From positions 77,068 to 141,067 of the forward strand of contig NIVC01000832.1 of assembly GCA_002269645.1 (NCBI GenBank): a DNA stretch of 64,000 bases, written 5' to 3'. Of the stretch, positions 34,864-47,338 are shown piece by piece (position 1 is the stretch's first letter; each line of letters starts with the position of its first letter). This DNA is from Macrostomum lignano. Taxonomy: Eukaryota. The notes beneath the pieces are model-generated. The model ran no database searches. It saw nothing but the letters and a program-made list of their open reading frames with translations, and was not told where the DNA came from. The position numbers and the translations under genes were made by a program.

Positions 34864-35229
34864 GGGGCCGTAGCCCAGCGGTAGCGCAGCTGCTCTGGTA
34901 TGCCAGCGACCCTGGCTCGATTCCAAGTGCAGTCACATTAATTTGGGGCTGAATTGGAATCTCGGCTTGGCTCTGCTCGTGCAATTAACGGCCTTGAGAG
35001 CCAACCCCCCAAGGCGCAGTGAAGTGTACATGCCTAACGATAATATAAAGTTAGGGCCGCTGTACACTCCTGTGTGAGTGTGTGCCTGCGTACGTATCCG
35101 CGCGCTTGTATGCCTGCTCAGGGGAGTCGGCGGAATGGGCAGTAATGCCTCTCGCCGGTTGTGTGCCTATGTCGCTTAAAGTGCTCCAGGGTGCACACAA
35201 CCCCCCTGCCTCTAATAAAAAAATAATAA
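34864..35229 (+). mobile_element. tRNA-derived SINE with 16-bp target-site duplication
   Basis: A-box TAGCCCAGCGG, B-box GGCTCGATTCC, A/TAA-rich tail; TACTCAGACAGCAAGG at 34848-34863 and 35230-35245. Confidence 0.82.
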
Positions 35230-35529
35230 TACTCAGACAGCAAGGCTCAACTAACGATCTGAAGAAGGAACAACAAGCTGATGCCAGTCTGGTCTCAATC
35301 CTCCATCTGGTAAGCGTAAAGCTAAAGTACGAGTAATTGATTCTGGAAGTTTTACCTTGAATGATGGCACTTCTGAAGGTTCAAAAACCGAAGTCGAAGT
35401 GGCGTCTAAATTTTGCATTCTATAGTGTTATCCTAGAAAGTTTTGTATTTTTTAATTGGCATAAATAATCGATTTTCTGAAGATATTCCAGGTGTTGCCA
35501 TGCCAACACAAAGCTAGCTCTCTTGGACG

Positions 35530-35904
35530 CAGTGGCGTAGCTAGGATTTTGAAAAGGGGGGATAACTTTAGGGACGAAATTGTGGACTAAGAAAAAGTTT
35601 ATTGCAATATTTTACTTACAATATGCCTTTAAAAATACCAAAACCATGTTTTAGGCTAAAGACTTTACTTTGTTAAAATCAGAATAAAGCCGGCAGACGT
35701 CTGTCTTGATTACGGCATTTTAGGAATTAGGGATTCGCGGAAATATCGTTTAAAACATTTGAATAGTAGTTTACGAGTAAAATACACCAATTTTAGGCAA
35801 TTTTGCTAAATCTAAGCCACTTTATTTTGCATTTTTTCATAAAACCTCATTTTCGTTTCCTAAAATGGGGGATATATCCCGTATCCCCCCTACCTACGCT
35901 ACTG
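35530..35904. mobile_element. MITE with CAGTGGCGTAG-type TIRs and an 8-bp TSD (hAT-like)
   Basis: CAGTGGCGTAG ... CTACGCTACTG; flanks CTTGGACG (35522-35529) and CTTGGGCG (35905-35912). Confidence 0.8.
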
Positions 35905-36819
35905 CTTGGGCGTATAAAATACGTAGTTTTTTAGTATTTTAAATACGTATCTACAGCGTCACGAATTTTCGTAATTGAATAATTGGCTGTATAAATTTTT
36001 CGCTCCTAAACTAAATTTGTGCTACTTTTTGTAGCACTGAAGGTGATTTTGAATGTTTGGGTCATAAACGATGTTGACAATATTGGAGCAAAAATGGGTT
36101 AATTTTGTGACGTCCTAGCAACCTTACAGATGCGTTCAAAGTTTATGCGGGATCAGTACTTAGTGGGACTCATGCATCTCCATGAAAACTAATAGAGCTA
36201 AACCATTTTTTTCAAATATTCAGGGCTGAAGCGCTGAGCTGAGCCCTGGTGTCCTGCGCTCTCAAGAAGTACATAATTCAACTTTGCATAATAATACCTT
36301 CTAACAATACTGTTCGCTCGCACAAATCTAATTTTTTTTCAATACACTTGTGAAACACTTTGTTTAAAATTATTGGAGTAGAATGCAACTGGCTATTGAA
36401 ACGCTGTTAAGTACAAGAGAGAATACTCAAATAATGCTTTTTACTACATTCGTTTACTGTATTTGTAAGCTCAGGCAAAATGAATATAATAGTTTCCACT
36501 GACAAAATCTGTCAATATACTTCTATTCAAATAAGGCAGCCGGATTAGCACTGCTGGGCAATAAATTCCTGCATTAAGCTCTGCCAGCCCCAAGCACGTC
36601 AGGAAGAGCTCCGCTCTCAACCTCTGCCCACGCAAGCGGCAATAATACGTTGAATAGTGTTTTGGGGGGACAAGAATCCCCACGTAGATTAGAGGGGGGA
36701 TTGTCGAGAAGACAATCGCGTGTGTATAAAGGGAAATTCAGCACAGCAGTTGATTTCATTTGCCTTTCTCGTAGCCTAGCTGAGGGAGACACGATCGATC
36801 GTGGAGCGAGGAGCAGAGA

Positions 36820-37038
36820 ATGTACCTCGTTCTGTACAATGTGGCCTGTTTTGCCATCGGCTTTTTGCTGGTCATTTGCGGCTTCTTCTTAACGGGACAG
36901 AAGGACCAGCTGTATGACATATATGGCTGCACCTTCCCTATGTCGCTTTTGATTGTCATAACGGCTGCCATTGCCATCACTGCGGTGGCATCCGACAGCG
37001 CCTACCATCAGAGCGGAGTTCGAATTGGAGGCTTTCAG
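36820..37038 (+). CDS. Tetraspanin exon 1 (TM1-TM2)
   Basis: Hydrophobic MYLVLYNVACFAIGFLLVICG...; donor CAG|GTGAGG at 37039, phase 0, matching exon 2. Confidence 0.75.
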
Positions 37039-37169
37039 GTGAGGCATTTGCTCATGTTCGACCCCCACAAGCATTGGCAGCGATGTTTATAAAGTGACTT
37101 GACAGGATTTAAATAAATTGCACAGCTATAATCTAACATGAAATTGAGGCTACAACAGGCTACAACATG

Positions 37170-37458
37170 AGGTTGTAGCCTTGTGGTTAAAGCGTCGACT
37201 CACGACTTAAAGGTCGGATGTTCGATTCCCTATCCCACTGAAACAATTTGTGTCTTTGAGCAAGACACTTAACTCTGCATTGCTTCAGCTCAACCAGCTG
37301 TAAAATGGGTGCCAGCATTAGCTGCGGTAATTAAGGGTCCTTGGACTGAACAGCGGTACGCAGCTTCAGATGAGCCGCGCAAATAGCTGCGCCTGAGTTG
37401 TCGGTTGCACATCTGGCCCAATTGGAGCAGGTGCAATCAGTTGTTATTAATATTATTA
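37170..37458 (+). mobile_element. tRNA(Met-like)-derived SINE with a conserved central domain (Meta-SINE-like), in the tetraspanin intron
   Basis: A/B boxes, GTGTCTTTGAGCAAGACACTTAAC...CCAGCTGTAAAATGGGT core, TTA-rich tail; second copy at 49602-49882. Confidence 0.8.
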
Positions 37459-37760
37459 TGGTCACAATAGTTCAACTCATTGGGACTAAGACTCTAATAA
37501 TATAATAAGACCGCCGTATCTTGCAGTCAATTATGAGGGTCTTCAACTTACTATGGGTACGCAAAGATATTTGTTTCATAGTTTTATAGCAACAACGCAT
37601 AACGCCTAGCTCATGAAAGCTACGCGTTATGCGAGTAAACTCTGCAAATTTTTTCTTGCATATTGAATATGTGGATTTTGTTATTGCACAAAAGTATGCT
37701 ATTTGAATCTCGATCGCTACATGTAGACAACGCGCTCCTCACCCCAACTGGCCTTCCCAG

Positions 37761-38279
37761 ACTCTCATTCTCGTCTTGGCTATCCTGCTGCTACTCAGCA
37801 TGGAGATCTCCGGCTTTCTAGCCGGCTTCGTCATGCAGGCCCAGGTGGAGAAGGAGGCGAGGCAGAAGTTTCTGGCCGAGATGCGAGCCTACTCCACTTC
37901 TAACGGGACCGGTGATGCCAAACAGTGGATCGATCTCACCCAGCAGGCCCTCGGCTGCTGCGGAATCGACTCGCCTAAAGACTGGCTGGCCTTTGAAGCT
38001 CAGCCGCCTGCCAGTTGCTGCGCAGGCAAAGTTGCCGATTGTGCCAGCCCGTTTCCTGTCGGTTGCGCTGCCCAGATTCACGCCTGGCTGTCCACCGAAC
38101 TGCGCGCCTACTCCCTATGCTGCTTGGGCGCCGCCGCGCTGCAGATCTGCGGTCTTGGCGCCATTTTTGCTAGACGAAACCGACAAAGAATCGCCGCGGC
38201 GACGGCGGCTGTTGCGGCGGCGTCAGCGTCTGCTTATGGAAGATTTGGAGAGGCCGCGAGTAGCGTGGTGGTGCGGTAG
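37761..38279 (+). CDS. Tetraspanin exon 2 (TM3, EC2, TM4); joined CDS ~245 aa
   Basis: Acceptor CCTTCCCAG|; LLLLSMEISG, QQALGCCG, PPASCC, DC, GC (6-Cys EC2), LQICG; stop TAG. Confidence 0.9.
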   Translation, partial: TLILVLAILLLLSMEISGFLAGFVMQAQVEKEARQKFLAEMRAYSTSNGTGDAKQWIDLTQQALGCCGIDSPKDWLAFEAQPPASCCAGKVADCASPFPVGCAAQIHAWLSTELRAYSLCCLGAAALQICGLGAIFARRNRQRIAAATAAVAAASASAYGRFGEAASSVVVR

Positions 38280-39598
38280 GGCTCTTACTGACGAGACAAG
38301 GTTACATACTCGATCAATTGAATCACGCATAGATGCATACTCAACCAAGCTGACTTAGTTATAGTGTTACCTCCTGTTGTTATCAGAGCCTAATCATCAT
38401 ACTCACAGCTGCATGTATCTGCTTAAGTGGCCCCGTACGATAATATTGTTTTTTTTTCAGTCTAAGTAGAACTCGAAGTGCAAATCGTGGATCATTTTTA
38501 TCTGTTTGAGGCAGCAGGCCAGAGGCAAACAAGTTGTCATCTAAAATCGAAAGAAAGTAATTACGCGTTTGAGTTTTTAACTGAGACAACAGTACGCAAA
38601 AAATCAGATAAATGGTAGTATAGATTTCTTCAACTGATCACCAGCAAATCGTTGCAGCCCTAGAAAAGATTTATCAGACTGTTTCAAAATTTCGTAGTTG
38701 GTGCAATGAAGTAAATAGCGAGACCCCTCTCTAGAAAAATACCCAGAAGGTTGTTTCCTTCTTTGGATTGTGTTTAAAACTCAATCTTTCCTACTATTCT
38801 TAAGTTTAGTTCCATTTAGGCTGACAACTTTTTCTGTCCATGACCTGCTCTCTCGAACTAATTCCAGCTCTTGGCCACACAATCGAACGGTCCGTTGTAT
38901 TTCCACACGCATAGCTGGACCAAAGCAGTAGTTTTTTATTTAGTTGTTGCTCGAACTTTCTTTTGCGCCGATTCGCCATGATTGTTTACTGGGTGACTTT
39001 GTACACAACACAATATTGAATACCTTCGAAACCATGTCATGTCTTCCATTTTAAAACAGTATCTTCGCTTGCACCCCAGTCAGGTCTCCAATCAGATGCA
39101 CACACCTATTTGATAATTTGTACCCTAGTTACATGTACGACATGCGCATCACATTGTTTTCATTTGCAGTTGATTTCGGATTACTTGCTTACTACTCGTA
39201 CAACATGGGACAAGAGAAGTCTGCCAAACTTATAATAGACGTTTTAATACAGCGTTTTTATTATTATATTCACTTGTTTAATCACGTCTGGAATAAAACT
39301 GCGCAAGCATCCCAGAGTTTTCGGTTGCTTTTTCAGCATTTTTCATCATTATTATATATTTAAACTTGAGAAAATATTATCTAAAATTTGCATTTTTGCG
39401 CACACAGTTTAGTAGCAACCTGCGTCGAGTCACGGGACCTCGTCTGTAATTCAACAAGCGAATTCGAATTATTTGCAATCAGCTCTGTACAGGATGCCCT
39501 TCATGCGTTCTGTTTTTTGGCTACTAAAAGTAGAAATATGACGATGCAAACGTCTGAATCATAATTAAGGTCAAGAAATAAATGGTTTGGACAGAATT

Positions 39599-39990
39599 TC
39601 AGTCTCTGTGCGGCAGCAGCGGCTGGGTTCCTCGGTCGTCGACTTCCTCGTCGGAGTCCTGGCGCAAAATCGATGAGTCTTGAGGCCGCACCAGCTGAGG
39701 CGATCGGGCTGCTGGCGATGCCCGAGGCGGGGGACTTTGGGACCCACTGGCGGGCGTTGATCTGGGATTCTGTGGTGCCAGCCGGTCCCTGAATAGGCTG
39801 GTGAGCAGGTCTAGTCTGTCGTGAAGCTTTGCTAGGCTGTCCTTGAGCTCGGAGACTTCGGAGCGCAGATGTCGGAGCTCGCCTTGGTGATAAGGCAACG
39901 GCACCGAGGGCTCGCTAGATTTCAGTGACAGTCCAGACGTTGAGTGGTGCAGCGATTGGCTTCCAGAGGCGCTGAGCTGCGATAGGTCGC
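39599..39990 (-). CDS. elk: ELK-type KCNH channel, terminal exon (C-terminal coiled coil)
   Basis: LRHLRSEVSELKDSLAKLHDRLDLLTSLF; acceptor phase 1 matches the upstream donor at 40601. Confidence 0.75.
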
Positions 39991-40600
39991 CTGGTAAGTG
40001 TTTTTTATAAAAGCATTTAGCTGTAGAACCACTGCGAATTCGGGGACACCTTCTTTTCAACCATAAGTCTTCCAAAAAAATTAATAGTGCTGCATTTTTT
40101 GAAAGCCTCTCGAATGCTTTGACTTATTAGTTTTACCGCACGTATGCGTCAGCTGCGCCACGGAACAGAGGAGGCAGTGCCTCAGCTACCCATGACATTG
40201 AGATAAGGGCATTTCAGATGACTGAGAGGAAGGAGATTAGGGTGTGTTAGCTGCTACCCTATCAAATGCACTGCAAAGATAAAAACAAAGTGACTTAAAA
40301 TGTCTTGCAAAACAAGCTTTAGCAAATAGATTTAGTCTGTACAGTCTGTAGTAGTTAGACAGAAGTAGTAGACGCGTGTAATAAGCTGAGTTTAGTTAAA
40401 GAAGGAACCAAATGAAATAATGCTTCGTCATTTTTATGTTTCTCCTATGATTTTCTAAATAAAAGAGCTTTGTAAAAGCTTATGAAGTGATGAAACAGGC
40501 ATGTCGTGCGAAATTGTCGGCACTTGATTTTTAGTCCTGCCTATTTTTACAGGCCAGCCCCTAAAAAACCATTTTCAAAGAAACGAAGTTTGGCGCTCAC

Positions 40601-41031
40601 TGGCTGAGCCGCTCGGCTTTTTTAGAATGCTGGCCAGCGGGTAACTAGCGGGCCCGCTCGGGTTGATGGGTGCCGGGGCGCCCTCCAAGGGCGGCAGCTC
40701 AACGCCGGAGGTTTGCAGTCGCACCCTCATCGAGCTGCTCCTGGGCTGCTGGCGGACGAATCTTGGATAGTTTTGCTGGCCCGCTGCGGCATCCTCCATG
40801 TCCGACACTGAGGATACGGACGGCGTGGGTGTTGCCAGGCCGCCGCCAAAGCTGGTCTCTGACGGTGCGGTCAGACTCCCCGAAGTCGCCGCGGCCGCCG
40901 CCGCCGCAGCGGCAGCCGCTGTAATTCGCTTTCTTCTCATGTTGACCAACTCAGTTGCTGACGGGGCGCTTGGCAGACTGACGGGGCCGCCCGGTTCGTG
41001 CGGCGAAAAATATCTGAAGGGCGGTTGAGCA
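40601..41031 (-). CDS. elk: ELK-type KCNH channel exon (low-complexity C-terminus)
   Basis: Open frame, TTTTCCAG acceptor, A|GTGAGC donor, phases consistent with both neighbours. Confidence 0.65.
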
Positions 41032-42952
41032 CTGGAAAATTGATTGATTATTGTCGTTTATTACCGTGATCTTGGGGACATCCTACGGTACTTCTTAGAC
41101 ATCAGAATGATTCTGCTTGGACACACGTACCGGCCTGTTAGATAGCCGCACGACTTTCTCTGGCTCACCAATCGACCTATGGCCATAAGATGCCATACTA
41201 AAACAGTTAGTAACAATTAGTTGACATGTAAAACACCAGAGCTAGCCTGTATTTCAAACTCGCATTCATCAATGGAAAAACAAAGGACACAAATTGTTAT
41301 TTAAAGAAGGAAGCACACACGAGCTACGGCTAGAGAGCGAACCAAAGTTTGGTAAATATTAATTTAATATCGCTGCGCTTATGATAGCCAACAGACTGAC
41401 TTAATTGACACCTGTAATCGGTTAGTAGAAAATCAGTTCAAACTGGTCAGTCCATTTTGCTCATCATCTTGTAACGATCATTAAAATAGCTCGATTAATC
41501 GAATTAAACGACTCTCGGTTACTTTTATTAACTATTAGTCCACCCGGCTACGTTGTGTCTAGAAAATAAAGGACGTTGCTGCCGTATAACAAAATAAACT
41601 GGCCGCTTCCCAATCGGGTTAACTGGATCGAACAAAAGTAACTAAATGCTATATTGCGGCTTATAAGTCAACTACAGGAGGGCGAACGCAGTCGCAACAC
41701 TCTGCTCTGTGCGCGCAATCGGTACCTGAATCCCACAGCGGGTGAGTTCGGTGACAGGTATCTCAGCTTGAGGTGGCTCTCGGCCAGCCTCTTCCACAAA
41801 GACCGACCTGTGCGTCTTTGTAAATTGGCGGCAGTTTGAGGGGGCGAGATTAGGAGACAACATCGGTGCGAAGCTTCAGGTATCTCTAAACGGTAATAAA
41901 AAATCTCATTTCACTTCAACAGTAGCGCTCACAGATCGTGTGCGAATTTCGCCGGAGGCAGACAGGAAGATTAACTCAAGTTTAATGGAAAAATATATAA
42001 AGTTAGAAATTGCAGCGAAAAAACCCGGCCTCCAGCAAAGTTTGCTCGATTTTGGAGCGTGGTGTGGAAAAATATTTCAATTTATTCATTACACTAAAAG
42101 TTAATTGGCTGTTCTGTCCCAACACACCACCTCTCGATCAAGTACGCCTCACCCTGACACTGAAATTCGTACCTTCGAGCAAATTTATTTTTCAAAAATT
42201 AATGCGAATGGAACATAACTATTTATGTTGCAAGCCGAAGCGTATTAACATAGCAAGCTGAACATAAATGTTTTTGTTACAATTTATGTAACAGACGTGA
42301 GAATGCTTGCGTGAATAAATAAAATAAAATAAAATCATCCTGGAAAAGCACTGGCTTAATTAAGATTTGCGGCACGTAGGCTAGCAGAAGTAGCATATTA
42401 GGAGAAGTTAGGCTGTAAATTTGTTTTTTTCAGAACAAAACGAAAGCCTAACAAAATGACAGAAGCGCGGAATTCGTATCGAGAACTTCTAGTGCGCCTC
42501 GTGATCTCAAAAAGGGCAATAAAGTAATAAAACTGTGCTGTAGAAATCAAAGAGTCGTTAAGGTGAATTAAGCCTCTATTTTGAGAGCCCCTCTTGTCCT
42601 TAACGAAGACTACACGAGGTTGTCCACTTCCGCAATAAAGCCGCTATGCTTCAAAGCAATCTCTGGGGGCCTGACTTTGACATATTTCGAGCAGAGTGTC
42701 TCGCAGACCGATCAGGTGAAGTGAGTAGTAAAATTGTTAATTTTTAGTTTTCGTTTTGCTTAAAGTTTAATATGCTGAAAAAAGTGAGTTATAGAGTACC
42801 TGCTGAGTGTTATAAGCACACTCTGGCTCCAACTGAAACAGAGTATCATTGCGATTTTTCAATATTTTTAGCAAATTCGACGTGTTAACTGATAAGAATT
42901 TTCACAGCTTTAAAATTACTTTTTTCGACAGCAATTGCATCAAAGCTCTCAC

Positions 42953-43254
42953 CTTGGCGCTTCTGAGTTATTGCTACTCGATGACTCAGTTAATTGCTGC
43001 GACAAGACCTGCTGCGGTGGTGGCGGAGGCGGCGGGCTCCGTCTTTTATCCACAGCATTGTCTTGACAACCAATAGACGGGTCACTATCGAATTTCTTTC
43101 GCCCAGAGGATCCGCCCTGATTCTCGCCTTCATCGTCGGTGCTCCGCTCGCTGTCCTCATCGTCATCGTCTTCATCGCCCTCTTTCTCCTCGCCGATGGA
43201 GGGGAGAGTGATGGCTGGCATGATGGTCGAGTGCTCGTTCAGGTACTCTTCCTC
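42953..43254 (-). CDS. elk: ELK-type KCNH channel exon (acidic region after the CNBHD)
   Basis: EEEYLNEHS...ITLPSIGEEKE; CTGCAG acceptor, AG|GTGAGA donor. Confidence 0.75.
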
Positions 43255-43317
43255 CTGCAGTTGATTGGGTGTGCAACGCTTCTGGCAATCCAGTGTCTGC
43301 ATCTGCTGCTTCTCTCT

Positions 43318-43541
43318 GTCATCCCCTCTCCCTCCGCCATCCCCTCTCCCTGTAATCCCCTCTCCCTCCGCCATCCCCTCTCCCTCTGCCATCCCCTCTC
43401 CCTGTAATCCCCTCTCCCTCTGCCATCCCCTCTTCATCTGCCATCCCCTCTCCCTCTGCCATCCAGGCCTCTGTTATCTCCTCTCCCTCTGCCATCCAGG
43501 CCTCTGTTATCCCCTCTCCTTCTGCCATCCCCTCTCCCCTG
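43318..43541. repeat. Pyrimidine-rich ~18-bp minisatellite filling most of a KCNH intron
   Basis: CCATCCCCTCTCCCTCTG variants. Confidence 0.85.
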
Positions 43542-43547
43542 TCGAAC

Positions 43548-43762
43548 CTCAAGGTCGCTGCCCTCGCGCATATTGTAAGTCAAATCGTGCAGCAAATCCT
43601 CTTTAAACTTCTCGTGATACTCCGGGTACTGCAGCAGCAGTTCGATTAGGCCTTTCAGCTCTATGCACTGCACGTCGCAGTAGGTCAGGGAGCGAACGTC
43701 GCACATCGATCGCATGAGGCCATCCGGGTTCTTTATGTCCGTGCCGAATAAATCACCTTTGC
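43548..43762 (-). CDS. elk: ELK-type KCNH channel exon (CNBHD C-terminal half)
   Basis: GKGDLFG...DVRSLTYCDVQCI...YPEYHEKF..DL.HDLTYNMREG. Confidence 0.9.
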
Positions 43763-43932
43763 CTTGAAGGTTTGAGCAGTGTTGAAGCAGTTGAATTCAT
43801 ACTTAATTTTATTATACTTAGTAGTTTATGAACCCATGATAATCCAAAAGCAAATGCTCTCATCAAACGAACCCATATTCAACTCCCCAAACCTATCATC
43901 TCCATATTCACATCCCAAGCCAGAACACTCAC

Positions 43933-44182
43933 CCAGAATCGCCACAACCATATTCTCTTTGAGAATCTCCATGGACCCGTTCACGACAAAGTAGATGTAT
44001 TTGAGCACATCGCCGGAGTGGACAAGATACTCTTCTGGGCGGCAGAATACTGTCTGGATTTGTTGAGCAATCGCTTTCAGACAGCCCTGACTTGCGGTCT
44101 CAAAGATTGGCAGAGACAAAATCTCTCGGTTGAGGTGTAGGGCGATGTCGCCTCTGAGCTCCTCCGGGAAATCTTTCATTAT
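43933..44182 (-). CDS. elk: ELK-type KCNH channel exon (C-linker / CNBHD)
   Basis: DFPEELRGDIALHLNREILSLPIF...GSMEILKENMVVAILG. Confidence 0.92.
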
Positions 44183-44279
44183 CTGGAATGAGGTGTGCGT
44201 TATGGAGCAGGTGGGGATATGTGTGTTTATGGGACAGGTGAGAGAGTCGGGAAGTGTGTTTATGGGACAGATGAGAGAG

Positions 44280-44968
44280 TCAGGCAGTGTGTTTATGCAA
44301 AAGGTGAGAGAATGTGTTTATGGGACAGGTGAGAGAGTCGGGCAGTGTATTTATGCTACAGGTGAGAGAATCGGGCAGTGTGTTTATGCTACAGGTGAGA
44401 GAATCGGGCAGTGTGTTTATGCTACAGGTGAGATAATCGGGCAGTGTGTTTATGCTACAGGTGAGAGAATCGGGCAGTGTGTTTATGCTACAGGTGAGAG
44501 AATCGGGCAGTGTGTTTATGCTACAGGTGAGAGAATCGGGCAGTGTGTTTATGCTACAGGTGAGATAATCGGGCAGTGTGTTTATGCTACAGGTGAGAGA
44601 ATCGGGCAGTGTGTTTATGCTACAGGTGAGAGAATCGGGCAGTGTGTTTATGCTACAGGTGAGATAATCGGGCAGTGTGTTTATGCTACAGGTGAGAGAA
44701 TCGGGCAGTGTGTTTATGCTACAGGTGAGAGAATCGGGCAGTGTGTTTATGCTACAGGTGAGAGAATCGGGCAGTGTGTTTATGCTACAGGTGAGAGAAT
44801 CGGGCAGTGTGTTTATGCTACAGGTGAGATAATCGGGCAGTGTGTTTATGCTACAGGTGAGAGAATCGGGCAGTGTGTTTATGCTACAGGTGAGAGAATC
44901 GGGCAGTGTGTTTATGCTACAGGTGAGAGAATCGGGCAGTGTGTTTATGCTACAGGTGAGATAATCGG
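44280..44968. repeat. 33-bp minisatellite, ~21 copies
   Basis: GTGTGTTTATGCTACAGGTGAGAGAATCGGGCA. Confidence 0.97.
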
Positions 44969-44974
44969 ACACAC

Positions 44975-45174
44975 CTCGCTAGGGTTGATGCCCCTGTTGA
45001 TTGACCACATGGCCTGGAAGAACTCCTGCATCCTCCGCTTCAAGTGTTTCGGTATGTGATGAGTTCTCGTGAAGTCTTTCAGCTCCTGAGTCTTGGCAGT
45101 GTAGGCCGCCCTCTTGGCGTACATTTTCTGGATGAGGGCGGTCACGTTTCCAAAAACGGCCGCGTGCATCAGGG
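44975..45174 (-). CDS. elk: ELK-type KCNH channel exon (S6 and C-linker)
   Basis: ALMHAAVFGNVTALIQKMY is the ELK-type S6 (EAG and ERG have ALMYA/SLMYA). Confidence 0.92.
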
Positions 45175-45296
45175 CTGCGAAGTTAGGGATTAGGGAAGTT
45201 TAGGGATAAATCCTTGATGACGGGCAGTTCAGGATCTCTCATAAGTGTAGAATCCATAAATTTATTTACAGACGAGTGAAACTCCTCCGCCAGCTT

Positions 45297-45622
45297 TCCG
45301 GACCGTCGAGATATTCGACGATTCTGCCAGAAGGTCGGATTTTTTCCATAAGTGCTACTGTATTCAGTACACCCCTGTGCGCCTCTGTCCATAGTCACCT
45401 GGTGCAACCTGTTGAAGGTCCAGAAGCTCCGCCCAGGTGAAGGCCAGCGATCAAAAAAGTCAGAGCTGATGCAGACACATGTGGCTAACGTGCTGATGAA
45501 ATTTAGAGGCTTGGCAAGGCTGCAGTGAGGCGCAGTGCTGATCGGCGCACATGGGTGTACTGAATACATTAGCGCTTTTGGAAAAAATTCGACCTTCTGG
45601 TAGAATATCTCGACAGTCCGGA
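45297..45622. mobile_element. MITE-like element with ~80-bp imperfect terminal inverted repeats
   Basis: TCCGGACCGTCGAGATATTC...TGTATTCAGTACACCCCTGTGCGCC mirrored at 45544-45622; TSD not resolved. Confidence 0.65.
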
Positions 45623-46103
45623 GGGCTCGCGACTTGATTCTTGTTTGAGACGTTGCGCAACAAAAAGCTACCCCGCGTTCTTGAATTTGGCGTGCTTGCG
45701 TTGCTCAGTTCCGGCGCAGCAAAAAAATTGTCGGTTGGGGGGAGTCCCCCATTGATATATTAGTTCTACTGAGAAAAGTCGAGCATCTGAATAGTTCCGA
45801 TACCTAATGGACTGGCGATTAAATCCCAGGATTAGACCTTAGATCAAGGAGGTCGGATTGCATAATTTTTATTTACATCCTGCAAATGAAATGAAATTCA
45901 ATAGTTTAATTGAACAGTGAGTTCCGATTTCTTATTTAGCATTTCAGGGAACCGTTTGAATGAAGCCAACTTTACCTGTTTTTATCTGTATCTATCAATT
46001 GCAACCCCACCCTTATTAGGGGATGTTTGCACACAAACCCAAACTAAACTTGATCAGGTAATTTGGGGTTGCTTGTTTCAAAACTACCCTATATTTAATT
46101 TCT

Positions 46104-47123
46104 CAGGTAATTAGGGTTTTCAGCACCCAACCATCTTTAATTACTCAGGTAATTAGGGTTTTCAGCACCCAACCATCTTTAATTACTCAGGTAATTAGGG
46201 TTTTCAGCACCCAACCATCTTTAATGCTCAGGTAATTAGGGTTTTCAGCACCCAACCATCTTTAATGCTCAGGTAATTAGGGTTTTCAGCCCCCAACCAT
46301 CTTTAATTTCTCAGGTAATTGGGGTTTTCAGCCCCCAACCATCATTAAATTCTAAGGTAATTAGGGTTTTCAACCCCCAACCATCTTTAATTTCTCAGGT
46401 AATTAGGGTTTTCAGCACCCAACCATCTTTAATGCTCAGGTAATTAGGGTTTTCAGCCCCCAACCATCTTTAATTTCTCAGGTAATTAGGGTTTTCAGCA
46501 CCCAACCATCTTTAATTACTCAGGTAATTAGGAGTTTTCAACGCCCAACCCATATTTAAATACTCAGGTAATTAGGGTTTTCAGCACCCAACCATCTTTA
46601 ATTTCTCAGGTAATTAGGGTTTTCAGCCCCCCAACCGTCTTTAATTTCTCAGGTAATTAGGGTTTTCAGCCCCCAACCATCTTTAATTTCTTAGGTAATT
46701 AGGGTTTTAAGCCCCCAACCATCTTTAATTTCTCAGGTAATTAGGGTTTTCAGCACCCAACCATCTTTAATTTCTCAGGTAATTGGGGTTTTCAGCCCCC
46801 AACCATCTTTAATTTCTCAGGTAATTAGGATTTTCAGCCCCCAACCATCTTTAATTACTCAGGTAATTAGGGTTTTCAGCCCCCAACCATCTTTAATTTC
46901 TCAGGTAATTAGGATTTTCAGCCCCCAACCATCTTTAATTACTCAGGTAATTAGGAGTTTCAGCACCCAACCATCTTTAATTACTCAGGTAATTAGGGTT
47001 TTCAGCACCCAACCATCTTTAATTACTCAGGTAATTAGGGTTTTCAGCACCAAACCATCTTTAATTTCTCAGGTAATTAGGGTTTTCAGCACCCAACCAT
47101 CTTTAATTACTCAGGTAATTAGG
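46104..47123. repeat. 42-bp minisatellite, ~24 copies, most units containing TTAGGG
   Basis: AGGTAATTAGGGTTTTCAGCACCCAACCATCTTTAATTTCTC. Confidence 0.97.
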
Positions 47124-47338
47124 TGTACTCAAAATCCACCTATCTTAAAGTACTCAATATCAAAACTCGTAAATGTTTTTCAGCTCTCACTCCATAATTT
47201 TAGCCCAGGTAATTATGATTTGTTCAAACAGCCGCACTATCTTTAACTACCCAAGAGGCAATTATGAGTTATTTTATTAGCACCCACCCCATTTTAATTG
47301 CCGAGGTAATTAGGATTATTAACACCTATTCATCTTAC

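Noticed and set aside
34864-34935. tRNA genes (also ~37170-37240 and ~49602-49675)
   Set aside because: No complete acceptor stem, followed by SINE bodies and tails (one with a TSD); called SINEs.
44130-45059. 309-aa (+) and 230-aa (-) ORFs
   Set aside because: Translations of the 33-bp minisatellite inside a KCNH intron.
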